A DNA stretch of 64,000 bases from Oikopleura dioica (lineage: Eukaryota; Animalia; Chordata), in NCBI GenBank assembly GCA_907165135.1, contig OU015569.1:12834001-12898000 (forward strand), in the 5' to 3' direction. Made by a program: the position numbers and the translations under genes. Below are positions 1-19,965 of the stretch, in pieces. Position 1 is the stretch's first letter. The number at the start of each line of letters is the position of its first letter. The notes beneath the pieces were generated by a model. That model had not been told where the DNA came from and ran no database searches. It worked only from the letters and a program-made list of their open reading frames with translations.

Positions 1-2375
1 ATCGCATCTGCGTCTGCTAAAGGGACTGCGATTCCGTCGTTGAAGCGTTTGTTACTTTTTCCTGGTTCATCAAAAATATATAACAAGAAGCATTACTTCC
101 CGATTTCATCCCAAAATTAGCACAGTAACCCTCTAATTTTTTTCTCCTCAAGTAGGTTTTCTTCTCTCGGCAGCTTGTGAAGGAAACCTGAGTCAGATTG
201 CTGAAAGAGCTTTTATAAAAAGTCCTTTCAAAAGCTCTTTTAGAAATCTGACTCAGGTTTTCCGTACAGATTGCCTAGTCAATATTAACCAATATCAACC
301 AAATCCTGAAAGCTATGGTTTGCCTCTCCGGGTGAGGAGAAAGACCAACTGCACGAAAATCAAAGGATCGATAAGGAAAGACCCAGGCTGCACAGGAAGC
401 GTCTGAATAAGAAGCTGCGAAGAATTCCTTAATCTTTTCCTTTACCAGTTCCGTAGAGAGCATCAAGCTTTTTTGGATCGTGAGGAACATGGAGCGCAGT
501 CAACTGCTGGAGATTAGAAACGTCGTGGGGATGAACTTGCGCGGTGAAAAAGTCGGAAACGTGGAGATCGTTGGAGACGACGTTTCGCTTGATGAAGTCA
601 GTCGATTCGTAAGTCTTGAGGAACTTCAACTCGCTGTAGTTCTCGAACTCCTTGAGTCGGTCGTACTGCGGCCCGGTGTTGCAATCGCGCGAGAGGAGCA
701 CTGCATCGATTCTGCCGCCACAGAGCCGATTCGCTTCGGCGTAGCTAGCTACTGGGACCAGTCGCGCCACGGACTCGATGTCAATCACCATTTCAGGTGG
801 CAGCAAAGCTGCATGTTCGCTGATAAGACATTTGTTAGGACATTCAAAAAGGCTTGATATTTACATTTGGTCGGCGTCGGACTCAGATGAGTGGCGGAAA
901 AACGGCGGCACTAGCAGTGTTCGGTTCAGCTTTGCTCGAGTTAAACAAGAATTAAAGTAGTAGACATCAAGAACTGGTTTTCAAGCTTTTCTACGACACT
1001 TTTCAATTGGTCTCTATTATCTGGGTTCGGCAACCTGTGTAGAAAGCCGGAGTCAAGGTTCCAAAAAGCCGCGTATCGGAACCCTGACTCAGGTTTTATA
1101 GACAGATTGCTGAGCCTGGGATTCTTTACAAAGTGGGCTAAAAGTGGCAGCACCAAAGAAAGAGAGCATTTTTCTAAGAGTTAACTCTTTTCCTTGATCG
1201 CTAGAAAAATGGTCTCGATAAAGCCGCGGATTTGATTGTTCGGTCCCCAGATCAAAATCGGCACCAGAAAGCGGCTCCGGTCGAGATTATACTCTGGCTG
1301 GACGTTTCGAAGAGTGTCGATGTTTTTCTTCGGGAAGCAGTGTTTTTGGGATGCTTCTTCTTTTGAGAGAACTTGCTGTTGAAGAATTGGGCTGGTATTT
1401 GAGTGGAGCTTGAATTTTGGAGGCGAATCTTGGATTATTCTACTTGGCGACTGAGTTGTGAAAATCTCCATTGGAACATCGTCTCCGAGCTAATTCAAAT
1501 CTTTATCAATCACTTTTTAAGGGAGTAGACGTCGTTAATCACATTCCCCAGCTGTTCATTATTAGTATATTTAGAATACCCTTATTTACGGATTTGCGTT
1601 CGTGTAGCGTTTTTGACAAAAACTTTTTGTTGATAAAATAAGGGTCTCGGTTGCTAACAAAGACAGCTTGGAAATCAAATTTCTAACGATATCTACCCAT
1701 ACTTATTTCCAGACAATGAGCTTTACAATCTTCTTCCAACACTGATCCAAATTAAAGCAAAGCTACGGAATTAAAACCTGCTAAATCTTTGCATTTTCTT
1801 CGGTTTCCGAAAAAATGACGAACAAAAAAATCAACAAAAAAGAGTATTTTTGGCACCTGTTCATCTCCTAACCTGTTCATTTAGAGCCCGCTGATAAGAA
1901 AGCTAAATATTTAGAATTTTGGCGCTCAGTTTTTTTTTCAATTCAAGTTTTCTGATAGGCAGAAATCGAATTCAAATGAATTTGGAATTTACTGTTACAG
2001 TAACATACTACTCTATTTTTATTCTGGCGCTTTAGGCTCCTGTCTTGAAAACCTGTGTAGAAAACCTGAGTCAGGATCTGAGTCAGTATTGGAAAATTGA
2101 TTGAAGAGATATTTTTGCGAAGCAGCTTTGCGGCTTCGTGTTTTAAAAAGCCGCTAGCGAGATCTTCCAAACCCTGACTCAGGTTTTCTACACAGGTTCC
2201 CGAGCTAAGCTGGCGCTGTTTTTTTTACCTCGTCTTGGAGGCGATTGAGCTTGGAAAAGACGAGAAAGACGGCGTAACTCAATCCGGCCAGGAAAATAAA
2301 AACGTTCAATTGACGAGCATCGCTAAAGCTTGATGATTTTTTCAGCTTTTTTGAACCTTTTTTAGGCTTCGCCAT
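1..2375 (-). CDS. O-fucosyltransferase (GT65/GT68, O-FucT-like) family type II membrane protein; multi-exon, 3' end runs off the left edge of the window
   Basis: First exon MAKPKKG...LNVFIFLAGLSYAVFLVF (basic tail plus one TM helix). Spliced reading gives LIWGPNNQIRGFIETIFLAIK|LNRTLLVPPFFRH, matching the GxNNQ...LNRTLVLP motif of O-FucT proteins. Further exons at ~290-825. Confidence 0.65.
166..278. mobile_element. Palindromic MITE family A copy (intronic)
   Basis: CTCGGCAGCTTGTGAAGGAAACCTGAGTCAGATT ... AATCTGACTCAGGTTTTCCGTACAGATTGCCTAG inverted arms. Confidence 0.8.
1021..1119. mobile_element. MITE family A copy inside the GA-AG intron 930-1192
   Basis: CTGGGTTCGGCAACCTGTGTAGAAAGCCGGAGTCAAGG ... 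CCCTGACTCAGGTTTTATAGACAGATTGCTGAG. Confidence 0.8.
2048..2209. mobile_element. MITE family A copy (intronic)
   Basis: ACCTGTGTAGAAAACCTGAGTCAGG ... CCCTGACTCAGGTTTTCTACACAGGTTCCCGAG. Confidence 0.8.
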
Positions 2376-3139
2376 AAAACAGGGCGGCTTCTTTGAGCTT
2401 CGTTCGGAGATTTTCACGTTGGTTTTTTTTACGCAACGGAGACGCGCTCGATTATCTTTTTGTTTTCACAGCGAAAATGAACGTTGAAAATGAAACGAAC
2501 TTAGAATTACGAAGCTATCTTTCAATTTTTAACTAGTGAAGGGAAACCCTTAAAAAATTCCCCTTTTTTGATGGTTTAAGTTTGAACCTTCTTTGGACAA
2601 GATTAAATAAGAGTATCACTGATTCAAAAGGAGACTTCTCATAAAACTGCCGACTTTTAGCATGTGTAGACCCTTAAATAAATCATTGAATCTCCGATTC
2701 CTAAAAAGAGAAGGAGGGCAAACTGGGTGCGATTTTCTTCAAGTCATATGCATTTCTCTTGCTGGCTGCATGTTCGTTGGGAGTTTTCTCTTTGGAGAAA
2801 AGGGTGCTTCAGTGCCGCAGGGCAGCGCTGAGCTATTTCGCCTTTGCCGCCACCGAGAAACTGATTTCATCCTCGGACAACTTGCTACCGGTAGCTGTCA
2901 CCTGCAGTTAATACCCGACGCGTGGCTCAATCGGCACTTGTACTGGAGCTCGATTCTAGTGCCACCACGGCCGCCTTAGATTTTTTTATCGCTCTCTCTG
3001 TTTTTACTCAAAACAAGCCAAATTTTGCTCAAGAAACTGCTTTTTTTTGAAAAACTATTATAATATCTGATTTATTTGTGAGGTGTTTTTGTGAAAAATT
3101 AATTAAACAGAGTTTGAATTCCGGTGGAAATAACTTTAC

Positions 3140-3232
3140 GCGCAGGGGTAGTAGGGGGTCAAAAGTCGGGCAGCCCCTAACCCTAACCCAGGGGCTACGC
3201 CCCCGAGACCCCCCCCCCTCGGTTTTGCCCCT
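3140..3232 (-). repeat. Dispersed GC-hairpin/TTAGGG-containing repeat (family T), divergent copy
   Basis: Minus strand reads GGGGCGTAGCCCC followed by GGGTTAGGGTTAGGGG; motifs resemble those at 15374 and 38291. Confidence 0.4.
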
Positions 3233-3529
3233 GCTGCTGGTCACAACAGCGAATTACAGTAAGACAGCGAAAACCGGAGGATGCCTCTGAAATCTAGGAA
3301 GACTTTTCAACAGTATGTTAGTTTTTTTCTATTCAGCTTGCATTTATTAGAATATTGAGTCAAAATAAATTATAAAACTTATTATCAACAAAAAAAGGAA
3401 CAATGATACGATAATGAAGAGGAGGTTGTTTTTTTGACGAAATGAGGGCCGGCCATAGCTTTTTGTGAGTTTGTTTCAGAATGTAGGTTTAGAATGTCGA
3501 GTGTGCAAAAAGTCCGTTGTTGGCTGATT

Positions 3530-5775
3530 TTAGCCGCAGAAACAGGAGGAGGACGAAGACTGCGAGTTCTGCGAGCCGTCCAGTTTGTACGCTTTTTCCT
3601 CTTCGTACTGTTTGTTCACTGTATTGTCCATCCTCTTCATCACCTATTTCAATCAGTTAAATAAGAAGTAAAATAAGGGGTCCGTCTGCGCTCGGCAACC
3701 TGTGTTGAAAACCAAAAATCTTCAATGAAAAAAACGGTTTTCAGTGACTCTCACTCAGGTTTTCGACACAGGGTGCCGAGCCCAGGGTCACGAAAAAATT
3801 AAGGAGCCCTCTCTGTGAGAAAGTAGGAACTGAGAGAGCGATCTATCACCGCCTCGTTAATAATTTGTAGCGACTTACCAAGTCGAGCAGATGCATTATG
3901 CTTTCTTCAACATTCTCTCCAGTTGCCGCCGACGTTTCAAAGTAAGGAAGACTAAAGCGCGAAAATAAGCAATCAACTTTTCCAAAAATATGAATAATTA
4001 CATTTACTCGCTCATATAAGCTGATAAAGAGACAGTACCCGTGTTCTTTGGCGAATTGGAGCGCTCTTTCGGACGAAACTTGTCTTTTCTCGTCCAAGTC
4101 CGCTTTGTTGCCGCAGAGGACGATGTCTGGAGTGGCGCAGTAGGCGTGCGACTCCAATTGCGCTAAACGATTTTAGAAGAGTCCAAATCTAGGATCGACA
4201 AGCTGTGTAGAAAGAGGCCAGAGTCAGGGCCTGAAAGATCTTTGGAGCGACTTTGCTAGAAGAACACAATTGAATCAATCGATCATTTTGAGAGATCTTT
4301 CATCCCTGACTCAAGTTTTCAACACAGATTGCCGAGCGCCCAGCCCTAATTCTAAAGCGCAGAAATCGTTAAGTTCTTACAGAGCCAGTTGCGCGTGTTT
4401 AAAAAGCTCTGCTCCGAGGCGAGATCGAAGACGAGCAAGAAGCCCATCGCATCTCTGTAAAAGGCCGTGGTCAAGCTTCTGAATCGCTCCTGTAATTCAT
4501 CAAATTGGCAATTCATTGGCGTCTACCGATCGCTTACCTGTCCGGCCGTGTCCCACAGCTGCAAGTGGACTTCGCTGGTTCATTTTTTCAAATTCAAATT
4601 AGCGATCAGAAATTAGAAATTACTTCGAGCAAGTCGAGAAGCGTGAAATGTTTCTGGCTGCTGCCCAAAAAGAGCAAATCTGCTCAACATGTGAAATCTA
4701 CTTTGGATTTCATTCTCGAATATAGTGGCCTTATGTGCTGCGATTTATTATTTAATTAGAAATGTAATCAAACATAGCTCCGTTTTGAATTATTCACGAT
4801 CAGCGATCCCCAACCAAAAGAAAAAACTACTAGGAAACGAGAAATCAAAAAAGGGAACCAGTTCCTTTTGATTTTTCGCCGTTTCTGGAAGTGTAGGTCA
4901 CTCGCTTCTCGCGAAAGTCGATCCCCACGGTCGCGATGAAACCAGCGTTGAATTCGCCGTCTTAAGAAAAATTCTAGCGATGGGTGACGCTTTCCGAAAA
5001 TCCCTGCCAATTAGCGCGACTTCTACTCGCGTAATTGGCGAAATTACAGACCGAGTTAAAAAGAGCGCTTTCTCTCGAGTTCCAGTCGGGAATTATTCAT
5101 TGCCGAAGAGCTACGGTAAATTGCGGTTCAATTCAATTACAATACTGTACTACGACTGTTCAACTATTTGAAATAGTCAAGGCTTTCAATTATGATTAAT
5201 CAAGTCAACTTAATTTAAAGCTCGAGCCGATTTGAGATTCCGAAAATAAAGCTGGTCTCGGCATCTTGTGAAGAAAACCTGAGTCAGGCTCCGAAATAAG
5301 CTTCCATGATGTCCGCGGGCCGCGGTACTAAAAAATATTGAAATGGTTATTTGGTTTAGTCGTTTTGCGGCTTAGTAAAAAAAAAACACTAAGCGGCTTT
5401 TATGAAACCCTTTTTTGGACCCTGATTCAGCTTTTCCACACAAATTGCCAAGAAATGAAGCTCTAGAAATTCGAGTTAAATAGTTTCAACACTCCTTTTT
5501 ATAGACAACAACACATAATAACAACTATTAACAACTATTAACTTAACACATAAGACAACTTAAAACGATTCCAGTAATCGTCAGTCTGGGTGCATTTAAT
5601 CTTCAGTTATCGGGGAAAATCGGGGGATAAAGCCGATCCTCGACAAGTAGAGCCGCGGTCGGCCTAAGCGCTTATCCAGTTTACCTGTAAAATTGAAGAG
5701 GAGAGAGGTCTTTCCTACTCCCGAGTCGCCCAGGGCCAACAGTTTGATTAGATAGTCGTAGTCTGGCGATGCCAT
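3530..5775 (-). CDS. RAB27: Rab27 small GTPase (7 exons)
   Basis: [24 protein letters not shown]; [15 protein letters not shown]; [11 protein letters not shown]|[22 protein letters not shown]; [22 protein letters not shown]; [11 protein letters not shown]; C-terminal CFCG prenylation motif. The YDYLIK, RDAMGF and HAYC motifs are Rab27-specific. Confidence 0.95.
3686..3785. mobile_element. MITE family A copy (Rab27 last intron)
   Basis: CTGCGCTCGGCAACCTGTGTTGAAAACC ... ACTCAGGTTTTCGACACAGGGTGCCGAGCCCAG. Confidence 0.8.
4189..4343. mobile_element. MITE family A copy (Rab27 intron)
   Basis: Degenerate left arm (AGCTGTGTAGAAAG...GAGTCAGGG); right arm CCCTGACTCAAGTTTTCAACACAGATTGCCGAG. Confidence 0.7.
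5252..5452. mobile_element. MITE family A copy (Rab27 first intron)
   Basis: CTCGGCATCTTGTGAAGAAAACCTGAGTCAGG ... CCCTGATTCAGCTTTTCCACACAAATTGCCAAG. Confidence 0.75.
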
Positions 5776-6344
5776 AACTTTCCCTTCCGCCGTTTTCTCT
5801 CTTTCTCTCTCTTTGTTAAGTCCCGGAGAAGAAGTCGCCTTTTTCTGATGGATCTCTCGGACTTGAGTTTTTCTATATTCTCGGACTGGAGGCGATGGCG
5901 GCGGCAAAATCGATTTCGGCTTCGAAAAACCTTTTTTTCAGCGGCGCGTTCTCCACTCTCCATTTCTCGACTCCAGCCGCCCCCGTCGCGCTAATTTCAA
6001 CCGCCTATCTAAGATCCACCTTTTGATTCTCTTTCTTTTCAATTTGAAAATTTCAAACAACAAAAATACACATCTCTTTTCTTTAAAACTATCAAAATTC
6101 CATCTGTCACGACAACAAAACATTTATTTACGCTTCTATTGAGGAAACAAGAAAGAAAAATTGGTCAACTGAGTTTATTCTCCTATAAGTTTATTTTCGG
6201 ACTTTTGCAGGTAATTTCCGGTCACTGAACAAAGGTTTTTCAAAAAGTCTTCAACATGAAAGTTGTTCAGCTTGAGCTGCTCTATCATCTTATCATGAAA
6301 GATTTCGTGAGCAACTGCGATTTCGAGTTGGCCATTTTTTGCGG

Positions 6345-6679
6345 CTGGGCCCTACCTATAACCTGAGTCAGGGTTTAAAAGTACCGTAGCGGCTTCGCCA
6401 AAATGACTTTTAAGAACCCCTCCCACGGTTCAGTTTTTCGAGAATTTTGAAGCCGTCTAGCGGCTTAACTAGATGCGATAGATTATTTCCTAAAAAAAAA
6501 TCTGAAAAGGGCCCTGCGGAAAGAATCTGTTCGTGGAAAATGAAAGTGGAATGATGTCGGACATGGATTCTACAGGAATTTGAAAATCTGCAAAATCCAA
6601 ACCGTGGGAGGGGTCCTTAAATCTATTTTATCATCGCTGTCATAAATTCTGACTCAGGTTTTCTACACTGGTTGCTGAG
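6345..6679. mobile_element. MITE family A copy (between divergent Rab27 and sulfatase) carrying a nested insertion
   Basis: Partly deleted left arm ACCTGAGTCAGGG; right arm CTGACTCAGGTTTTCTACACTGGTTGCTGAG. Confidence 0.65.
6414..6616. mobile_element. TTAA-flanked MITE (GGACCC termini) nested in a family A copy
   Basis: TTAA|GAACCCCTCCCACGGTT ... AACCGTGGGAGGGGTCC|TTAA. Confidence 0.8.
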
Positions 6680-7064
6680 TGTCCGATAACTAGATTGAAT
6701 TTCAGAGTTTTTAATTATTAAAAATTTTTTTATTAACGTTTTTATTAATTAACAGAACTAACTATTTTCCACAAAAATCACCGACGTAATAAATCTTTAC
6801 CAAGGAATACTTCCTCCGCGCTATTTGATAAGCGAGAACTGAATATTCAAAAGATAAGACTGAAACCAAACGTGAGCGACAAAACGAAGCAGAAGAAACA
6901 AAAAAAGGACTATTTGAAATTATTTTTGCCCGGGCGGTTGCGAGAACAAGCAATTAACAAGATTCTAGTGACAGAAAACATAAACCAAGAAGTCTGCGCC
7001 CCTAGTGGCTGATAACACAAAGTAGAGAGTTGACTTGAGAAGGAAAATAAAAGGAGAGAACAAA

Positions 7065-9327
7065 ATGAAGAACTTGTTACTGAGTTGTCAGTTTTTCGCT
7101 CCCGGCTTGGCGAATTACAAGAGACCTCACGTGGTCTTTATTCTTGCGGATGATCTCGGATGGGACGATGTCGGATGGGCAAACGAAAAAGTCAACACGC
7201 CAGTGCTGGACAAGCTCCGCGAGAATTCGATTGAGCTCGACCAGTACTACGTCCAGCAAGTCTGCACGCCGTCTAGAGCCGCTCTTATGACAGGAAAGTC
7301 TTGTTCGAAATGGGCGGTTAATCCGGGGATCCTAGATAGGAATCAGTGGATACAGAAGCAGAACCCTGTGCTAGGCTCGGCGACCTCTGTGGAAAACCTG
7401 AGTCAGGGTCTAATAGATCTCCAATGAAAAGCCGCGTAGCGGCCTTCCGTACGAGATTTTCTGACTCCGGTTTTAAACCAATTCGGTAGAGGGAGAAACT
7501 TTCTGGAAAATTTTTCAAGATAAAAATATACTTCTAGGGCGCTATCCGATCCGTTACGGCCTCCAACGCGGCGTGATCAGACCCGACGAGCCCGAAGGAG
7601 TCCCCTTCGCGAAGTGCTGCTCCCGCGCGGCTTCAAAGAGTGCGGCTACACCACTCAAATGTTCGGCAAGTGGCATTTGGGCTATTACACGAAGGCGCAT
7701 TTGCCGCAAAACCGCGGCTTCGACAGATTCTTTGGCTTCTATCTTGGATCACAAGACTTTTACTTTCACCGCACTGGATTCAAAACTGACAAGAGTTTCT
7801 GGAGAGAAGCAGCAACTCAAGAAGAATTAGAGAAAGTTAATCATGAAAGACTGGGCCCGGCAAGCTATTTAGAAAACTTTAGTCAGGGGTATGAAAAGTA
7901 TTTAATGAAAAGCCGCGCAGCGACATTTTTAAAGACGAAACCGCTTTGCGAATTTACCATATCAGTCTTTTTTTAGTTCTGTCGAAATGCGGCTTTTCAG
8001 ACTCTGACTCAGGTTTTCGATACAGGTTGCCGAGCCCAGATGAAAGAACGGCACTGCCAGCTGGATACGACTTCCGAGAAGCCTATTCAAACGGCGAAGA
8101 AATCATCAGACACGACGCGTGGGGACATTACAGCACGAATGTCCTGATAAACGATGCTATCGAGCAACTCAAAAGACACGAAGGAGTGGAGATCCCCTTC
8201 TTTCATTTCCTATCGATGCAGGACCCCCATGTTCCGAAGCAGCGGCCGATTAGACTCGAGAAAGCGGTGGAGCGGTTCAATCTCGCTGAAAAGAGAAAAA
8301 CGTTCGTCACAAAGGTAAAATCAATGGATCTCGAGATCGGACGCTACATCGACGCGCTGAAAGAAACCAACCACTACAACAATACGATCATCATTTTCTC
8401 CTCCGACAACGGCGGTTCGAGGTCCAAAGGAGCTTGCAACTGGCCACTCAGGGGCGGCAAGGGAAGCATCTTCGATGGCGCTTTCAGATCGAGGTAGAGT
8501 TCTGCTAAAGCCAATTTGAATAACTATGAATTGTTGCTGTGAAAACAAAAATTAAACCCTTCAGAGGGCTGCTTCACATTCCCGGACTGGAATACAAAAA
8601 TATCCGCACATGTTCCACGCTGTCGACTGGATGCCCACTTTGATGGAATTGCTCAACTGTAAGTTGCCCAGGGCTCATTTGCCTCTGGACGGAGTTTCAC
8701 ATCTCAAAACGCTACTCGGAATGAATGAAAAAGCTCCTCGAGAAGAAATGCTACTCGACATTGATCCAGGACCGGTTGACTCTTCCTTTCGAAACTTACC
8801 TTTATTCGATAAAAAAGCCTGGAAAGAACCTTTGTAAAGTAATCGAAGAAGGAACGACTGATGCCCGCGATTTTTCGTTCACGAAAAATGAAGGCTTCGA
8901 CTTCAGGATGCGCGCAGCTCTTCGCTTCAAAGACTGGAAGATCATCACTGGGCCGCCGTGCTCGGGACCGCGCTGTGGCGTTCAAACGGACACGAGAAAT
9001 TACTTGGGACTCGAGGAGTTCGTTTCCAATGAACGAGGCGTTCGACTTTACAATATCACTGCGGATCCGAGAGAAGCGTTTGACCTCTCCGACAAACATC
9101 CCTGGATCACCAAGCAGCTTTTAATGAGACTTTGCAAGTATCACGTGAGTCAAAAAAAGCATAAAGCAGGTCCTGAAATTCTATTTCAGAAGGAGCAATC
9201 TCAATTCGTGGATCGAGAAGGCAGTCTGGAAGCACACCCAGAGACCTCGGCGCACGTTTGGAAACCTTGGCGAGAGACGGAAATCAACGACGAGGCTCAC
9301 CAAGATTACATGAAGAGAATAAACTAA
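7065..9327 (+). CDS. Arylsulfatase B/I/J-like sulfatase; two apparent 1-bp frameshifts in homopolymers (sequence error or young pseudogene)
   Basis: [19 protein letters not shown]; [11 protein letters not shown]|RYPIRYG (CxPxR formylglycine motif); [13 protein letters not shown]; IIFSSDNGG; [14 protein letters not shown]; HAVDWMPTL; [14 protein letters not shown]. Confidence 0.9.
7371..7490. mobile_element. MITE family A copy inside the GA-AG intron 7294-7537
   Basis: CTAGGCTCGGCGACCTCTGTGGAAAACCTGAGTCAGGG; degenerate right arm CTGACTCCGGTTTT. Confidence 0.7.
7851..8039. mobile_element. MITE family A copy with perfect 8-bp TSD (sulfatase intron)
   Basis: ATGAAAGA|CTGGGCCCGGCAAG ... CAGGTTGCCGAGCCCAG|ATGAAAGA. 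Confidence 0.9.
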
Positions 9328-9408
9328 AACTATTGATTTTAAAACTCAAATGTAAAACTGTAAAGTTCTATGAATAAACAAGAGGGACGATTTTCTGAAA
9401 GGAGTTGT

Positions 9409-9460
9409 ACTCGGCAACCTGTATAGAACCCTGTGTCAGGGTCTGAAAGCTTTCGTATTT
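9409..9460. mobile_element. MITE family A, single arm
   Basis: CTCGGCAACCTGTATAGAACCCTGTGTCAGGGTCTGAAAGC. Confidence 0.6.
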
Positions 9461-9740
9461 TCGATAGGAGTTCGGAAAATTGAATTGGTTGCTGATTTGA
9501 CGTGGTTTGCTTAATTAATATTTGCTGCTCAAATTTCGGATCAATCAAACAGCTTCTTTTGACAGTAATCTCGAATTTTACAACACTAGCTGATGACTGT
9601 AGCCTCGGCGGAAATCGGCAAAGACTGCAGCCCCTCTCGAACATTCGAATTCCAAGAGTGTTTGTCTTCTCCCAATAAGTAAATCATTAACCTCGGAGAA
9701 CACTTGCGAAAATCTCGACACTTTCCGTATTTCCGAGAAA

Positions 9741-16922
<7,182 letters not shown>

Positions 16923-17143
16923 TCAATTTTGCGACCCTCAAATTAGAATATTCCTATTTCTATGTACATTTATTGAAACACTGCGACAGAAACAAATATA
17001 TTTTAATAGTTATGATCGAAAATACAGTCTCACGGTTATAATTAGAATTATAAAATTATTAATGCCTTTTTAATACAAAATACACTTTTTATTACAAAAT
17101 TGTAATTTAAAATTGTATTTTTTTAATATCAGTAAAAAGGCGC

Positions 17144-19965
17144 TTATTTTTCAGCGTCATCAGCAAAAAGGTAGCCGAGGAATTGAAAGTCCGCATGCAA
17201 ACGCGACTTCTTGCATCCGTCAAAGTTGACTTCCGGAACAATTACGATTTTCTTTCCCGAAACAGGCATCTTCAAAATCCAGTATTTTCAGCTTTCTTAC
17301 GAAAAAGTACCTGCAGAGCGCTTTCAATCCAGATGTTTTCGAATTTTGGCGTTCTTATGAAGCCAATATACACGCGTTTTCCAATTTTCGACATTGAGTA
17401 CTTTGCATTTTGCTTTTTGCCTTGACTGTAGTTATAAACAGAGACAACCTGAATTCGAACCTGCGTAGAAAACCTGAGTCAGGGTCTGAAAAGCCGCGTA
17501 GCTGCTTTTTATTATCGCGAAGCCGCCTTGTAGCTTCGTTTTCAAAAAAGCCGCTACGCGGCTTTTCATTTAAGTTCTTTCAGACCCTGACTCAGATTGT
17601 CTACACAGGTTGCCGAATTCAGGATACAACTCAAATTTAATTCAAAATTTTAAAATACCCTTCATATACCTTCAAGGCAAAAAAGCAAAATGCACTGACA
17701 GTACAATCTGAATCCGTTGAAAACCGCATTGTTTCCTTTTGGAAAAGTGACTCGCGTTCTAATTCCGGCCAAGTATCCTTTCGGCAGCTCGTGCGTGCTT
17801 TTGACTTCCTTGAGCAAGTTGTCTTGATAGCTCGCAGATTCCGAGTGGATCACCTCGCAAATGACGAATAATAGTTTTGAAAAAGTAGTACCTCTCCAAG
17901 CTCGATGTGGTTTCCCATAATTTCTGTTTGAATTTGCATCGTTTTGGCGGATTTGAAGTAGATTCTTAGATTCTGGGCTCGGCAATATTCGACTTGGGCC
18001 GGAAAACCTGAGTCAGGGTCCTGAGCTAAGCTTTGCGGCTTGGCAAAAATAATCATTCTAATTCAAATTCTGGGGACACTGTTTCGTGACTAAGTGGCTT
18101 TAAATTTTAGCCCTTTCAGGACTTGCGGGTATTACCCTTCTCAGGTATTGAATATCGATTGCGGAGCTTCGTCTTTGTTGGAAGTTTTTGTTGACCCTGA
18201 TATTGTCGAGCCCAGCTTAGAATGTTGGTCCGAATGGGCGATTGAAGAGCGATCATTTCCACTTGGTTGCAATTAGTGTTGGCAATGAGAAGATCTCCGT
18301 TGTTATAAAGCACCGGCTGGCCGTTCTGGTCGATGAACTCTAGGACGATTTCTTTGGTCATGGAGAGAACGCCGAATTTGGGGTGGAACTCGGAAAGCAG
18401 CTGGATGCCGCGGACGAGCGTGTATTTTCGAAAGTCGATCTCCATCATTGGCTCGCTGTCCTTCGTCGAGCTCGAAAGCGCCGATTTGAATGAGAGTCTA
18501 GAAATAATCGGAGAACTCTTCCTTGCTCTCAGGCGTCCAAGATTGAGAACCAAGGCGCGGCGGTGTCTTCCCGCTCGAGAGTCGAATCTGGTCGTCGCGT
18601 ATTTTCCCGCTGCGCATTCCTAGCTCCTCCCCGTAACCACTTAAGGGGATATCCATCGATAATCGTCATTTTTCTGCGTCTTTTTCTACGAGGAATTAGG
18701 GAAGAGCCCTTTCGGAAGGCCTTTTAAAAAAAATCAGCAGAAAAATGTCAATATCGATGGTTACCCCCTTAAGAGTTCTCTTGCGAGATGGTAGTTTGCT
18801 TCCACTTCGCCAGATACTCCTTGCTGACTTCAAAGGTTCTCAAAAGCGAAAGAAGCAAGGCGTTTATCTAATTTTGGAAATCTTTGGTATGGATCCAAAC
18901 AAAAACGCTCCGCTAAGGATGAAACCAAAAACTTGGATAGCTCGATTTTTCAAGGGAAATTTTAAGGGTGTCAAAAGCCTACCGGCCTAAAAAAACCCGT
19001 CAAAATGAAAGATAGGCCCATCCTTTAAGTGGAACCTTTTTGTTATATACATACCAAAGATTTCGATAATTATATAAAGTCCAGAAGCAAGTCAATTGTT
19101 AGATTCGAAGAGAACCAGAACTGAGTTTAACCGAATCGACGCGAGCAGTAAGCCTTTGCAGCTCTTTTCCAAGTCTTGTCTGCTCAGCTTGAATGGCATT
19201 AATCGTGTTTTGCTCGAAAGCGGCGAGTTTGTAGGAAAAACTCTGTTCCAAGTTGCCGATTTGGTTTTGGAGCAGCTCGTTCGAGGCGGTGATTTTTTCG
19301 TCAACGAATTTGTTGATGTTCCGAAGAGTTGTCAAGCTCCTAAAACGGATTTAATAATCGGTAAATAAAATAGGTGTTCACGTGGAATAGTCGCTTTCAA
19401 AGTCTTTTCTGAGTTTTTGAACAGTCTCCTTGAAATCGGCCCGTTCCTTTTGAATCTTTTGATTTTCCATCGCCAGTTGCTGAAAGAAAAGTCGCTTGCT
19501 TAGCTCTGTAAGCTGAGTAAAGAACCGGAGTCAGCTTTGAAAAGAGCTTATTTTGAAAAAAGCCGCAAAATTAAAATTCAAAGGATAATTTTGGCGAAGC
19601 TGTGCGACTTTTCATTTAAAAACTACTTTTTACTTTTATGGAAGCTCTGAGGCCGTCGATAACGTCCAGTTGCAGAGTCTTGATGCTGCTGAAGGCGCCG
19701 TCGATGTCGATTCGTTCGCGTTTCTTAGCGAAGCCGGGATTCATCGCCTCGCCGACTTGGATGACGCGGCGTTCCTCCTCGCCGCGAACGGAGAGTTTGA
19801 TCCGCTCGTTTGCCTCGCGATTGTACTGCGCATGCGGGTTCTTTTTTCCGAAAAATATTTTTGCGAGTTATTTTAAAATAATTTTTAAAACCACGACTTC
19901 AAATGTCTTCTGTCTTGTGCTTGCTCTTCCGTTGCAGTTTTTCTCAAAGGGCGGTACTCACTCAT
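17144..19965 (-). CDS. Uncharacterised multi-exon protein: N-terminal coiled coil plus one or two discoidin/FA58C-like domains
   Basis: Start MSEYRPLRKTATEEQ; coiled-coil exons at 19.1-19.5 kb; IDFRKYTLVRGIQL...ALQSPIRTNIL resembles the FA58C pattern; last exon ends FQFLGYLFADDAEK*. Confidence 0.5.
17449..17622. mobile_element. MITE family A copy with 7/8 TSD (intronic)
   Basis: GAGACAAC|CTGAATTCGAACCTGCGTAGAAAACCTGAGTCAGGG ... CAGGTTGCCGAATTCAG|GATACAAC. Confidence 0.85.
17973..18030. mobile_element. MITE family A, left arm (intronic)
   Basis: CTGGGCTCGGCAAT...GGAAAACCTGAGTCAGGGTC. Confidence 0.6.

Noticed and set aside
941-1156. ORF beginning MVLPLLAHF as an O-FucT exon
   Set aside because: It lies in the 930-1192 intron and reads through a MITE; the true LNRTLLVPP exon starts at 929.
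2662-2979. 105-aa plus-strand ORF
   Set aside because: No recognisable motif or splice context; cannot be supported as a gene.
7770-8860. Additional GA donors in the sulfatase (near 7780 and 8770)
   Set aside because: In-frame GT alternatives exist, so the sequence alone does not decide.
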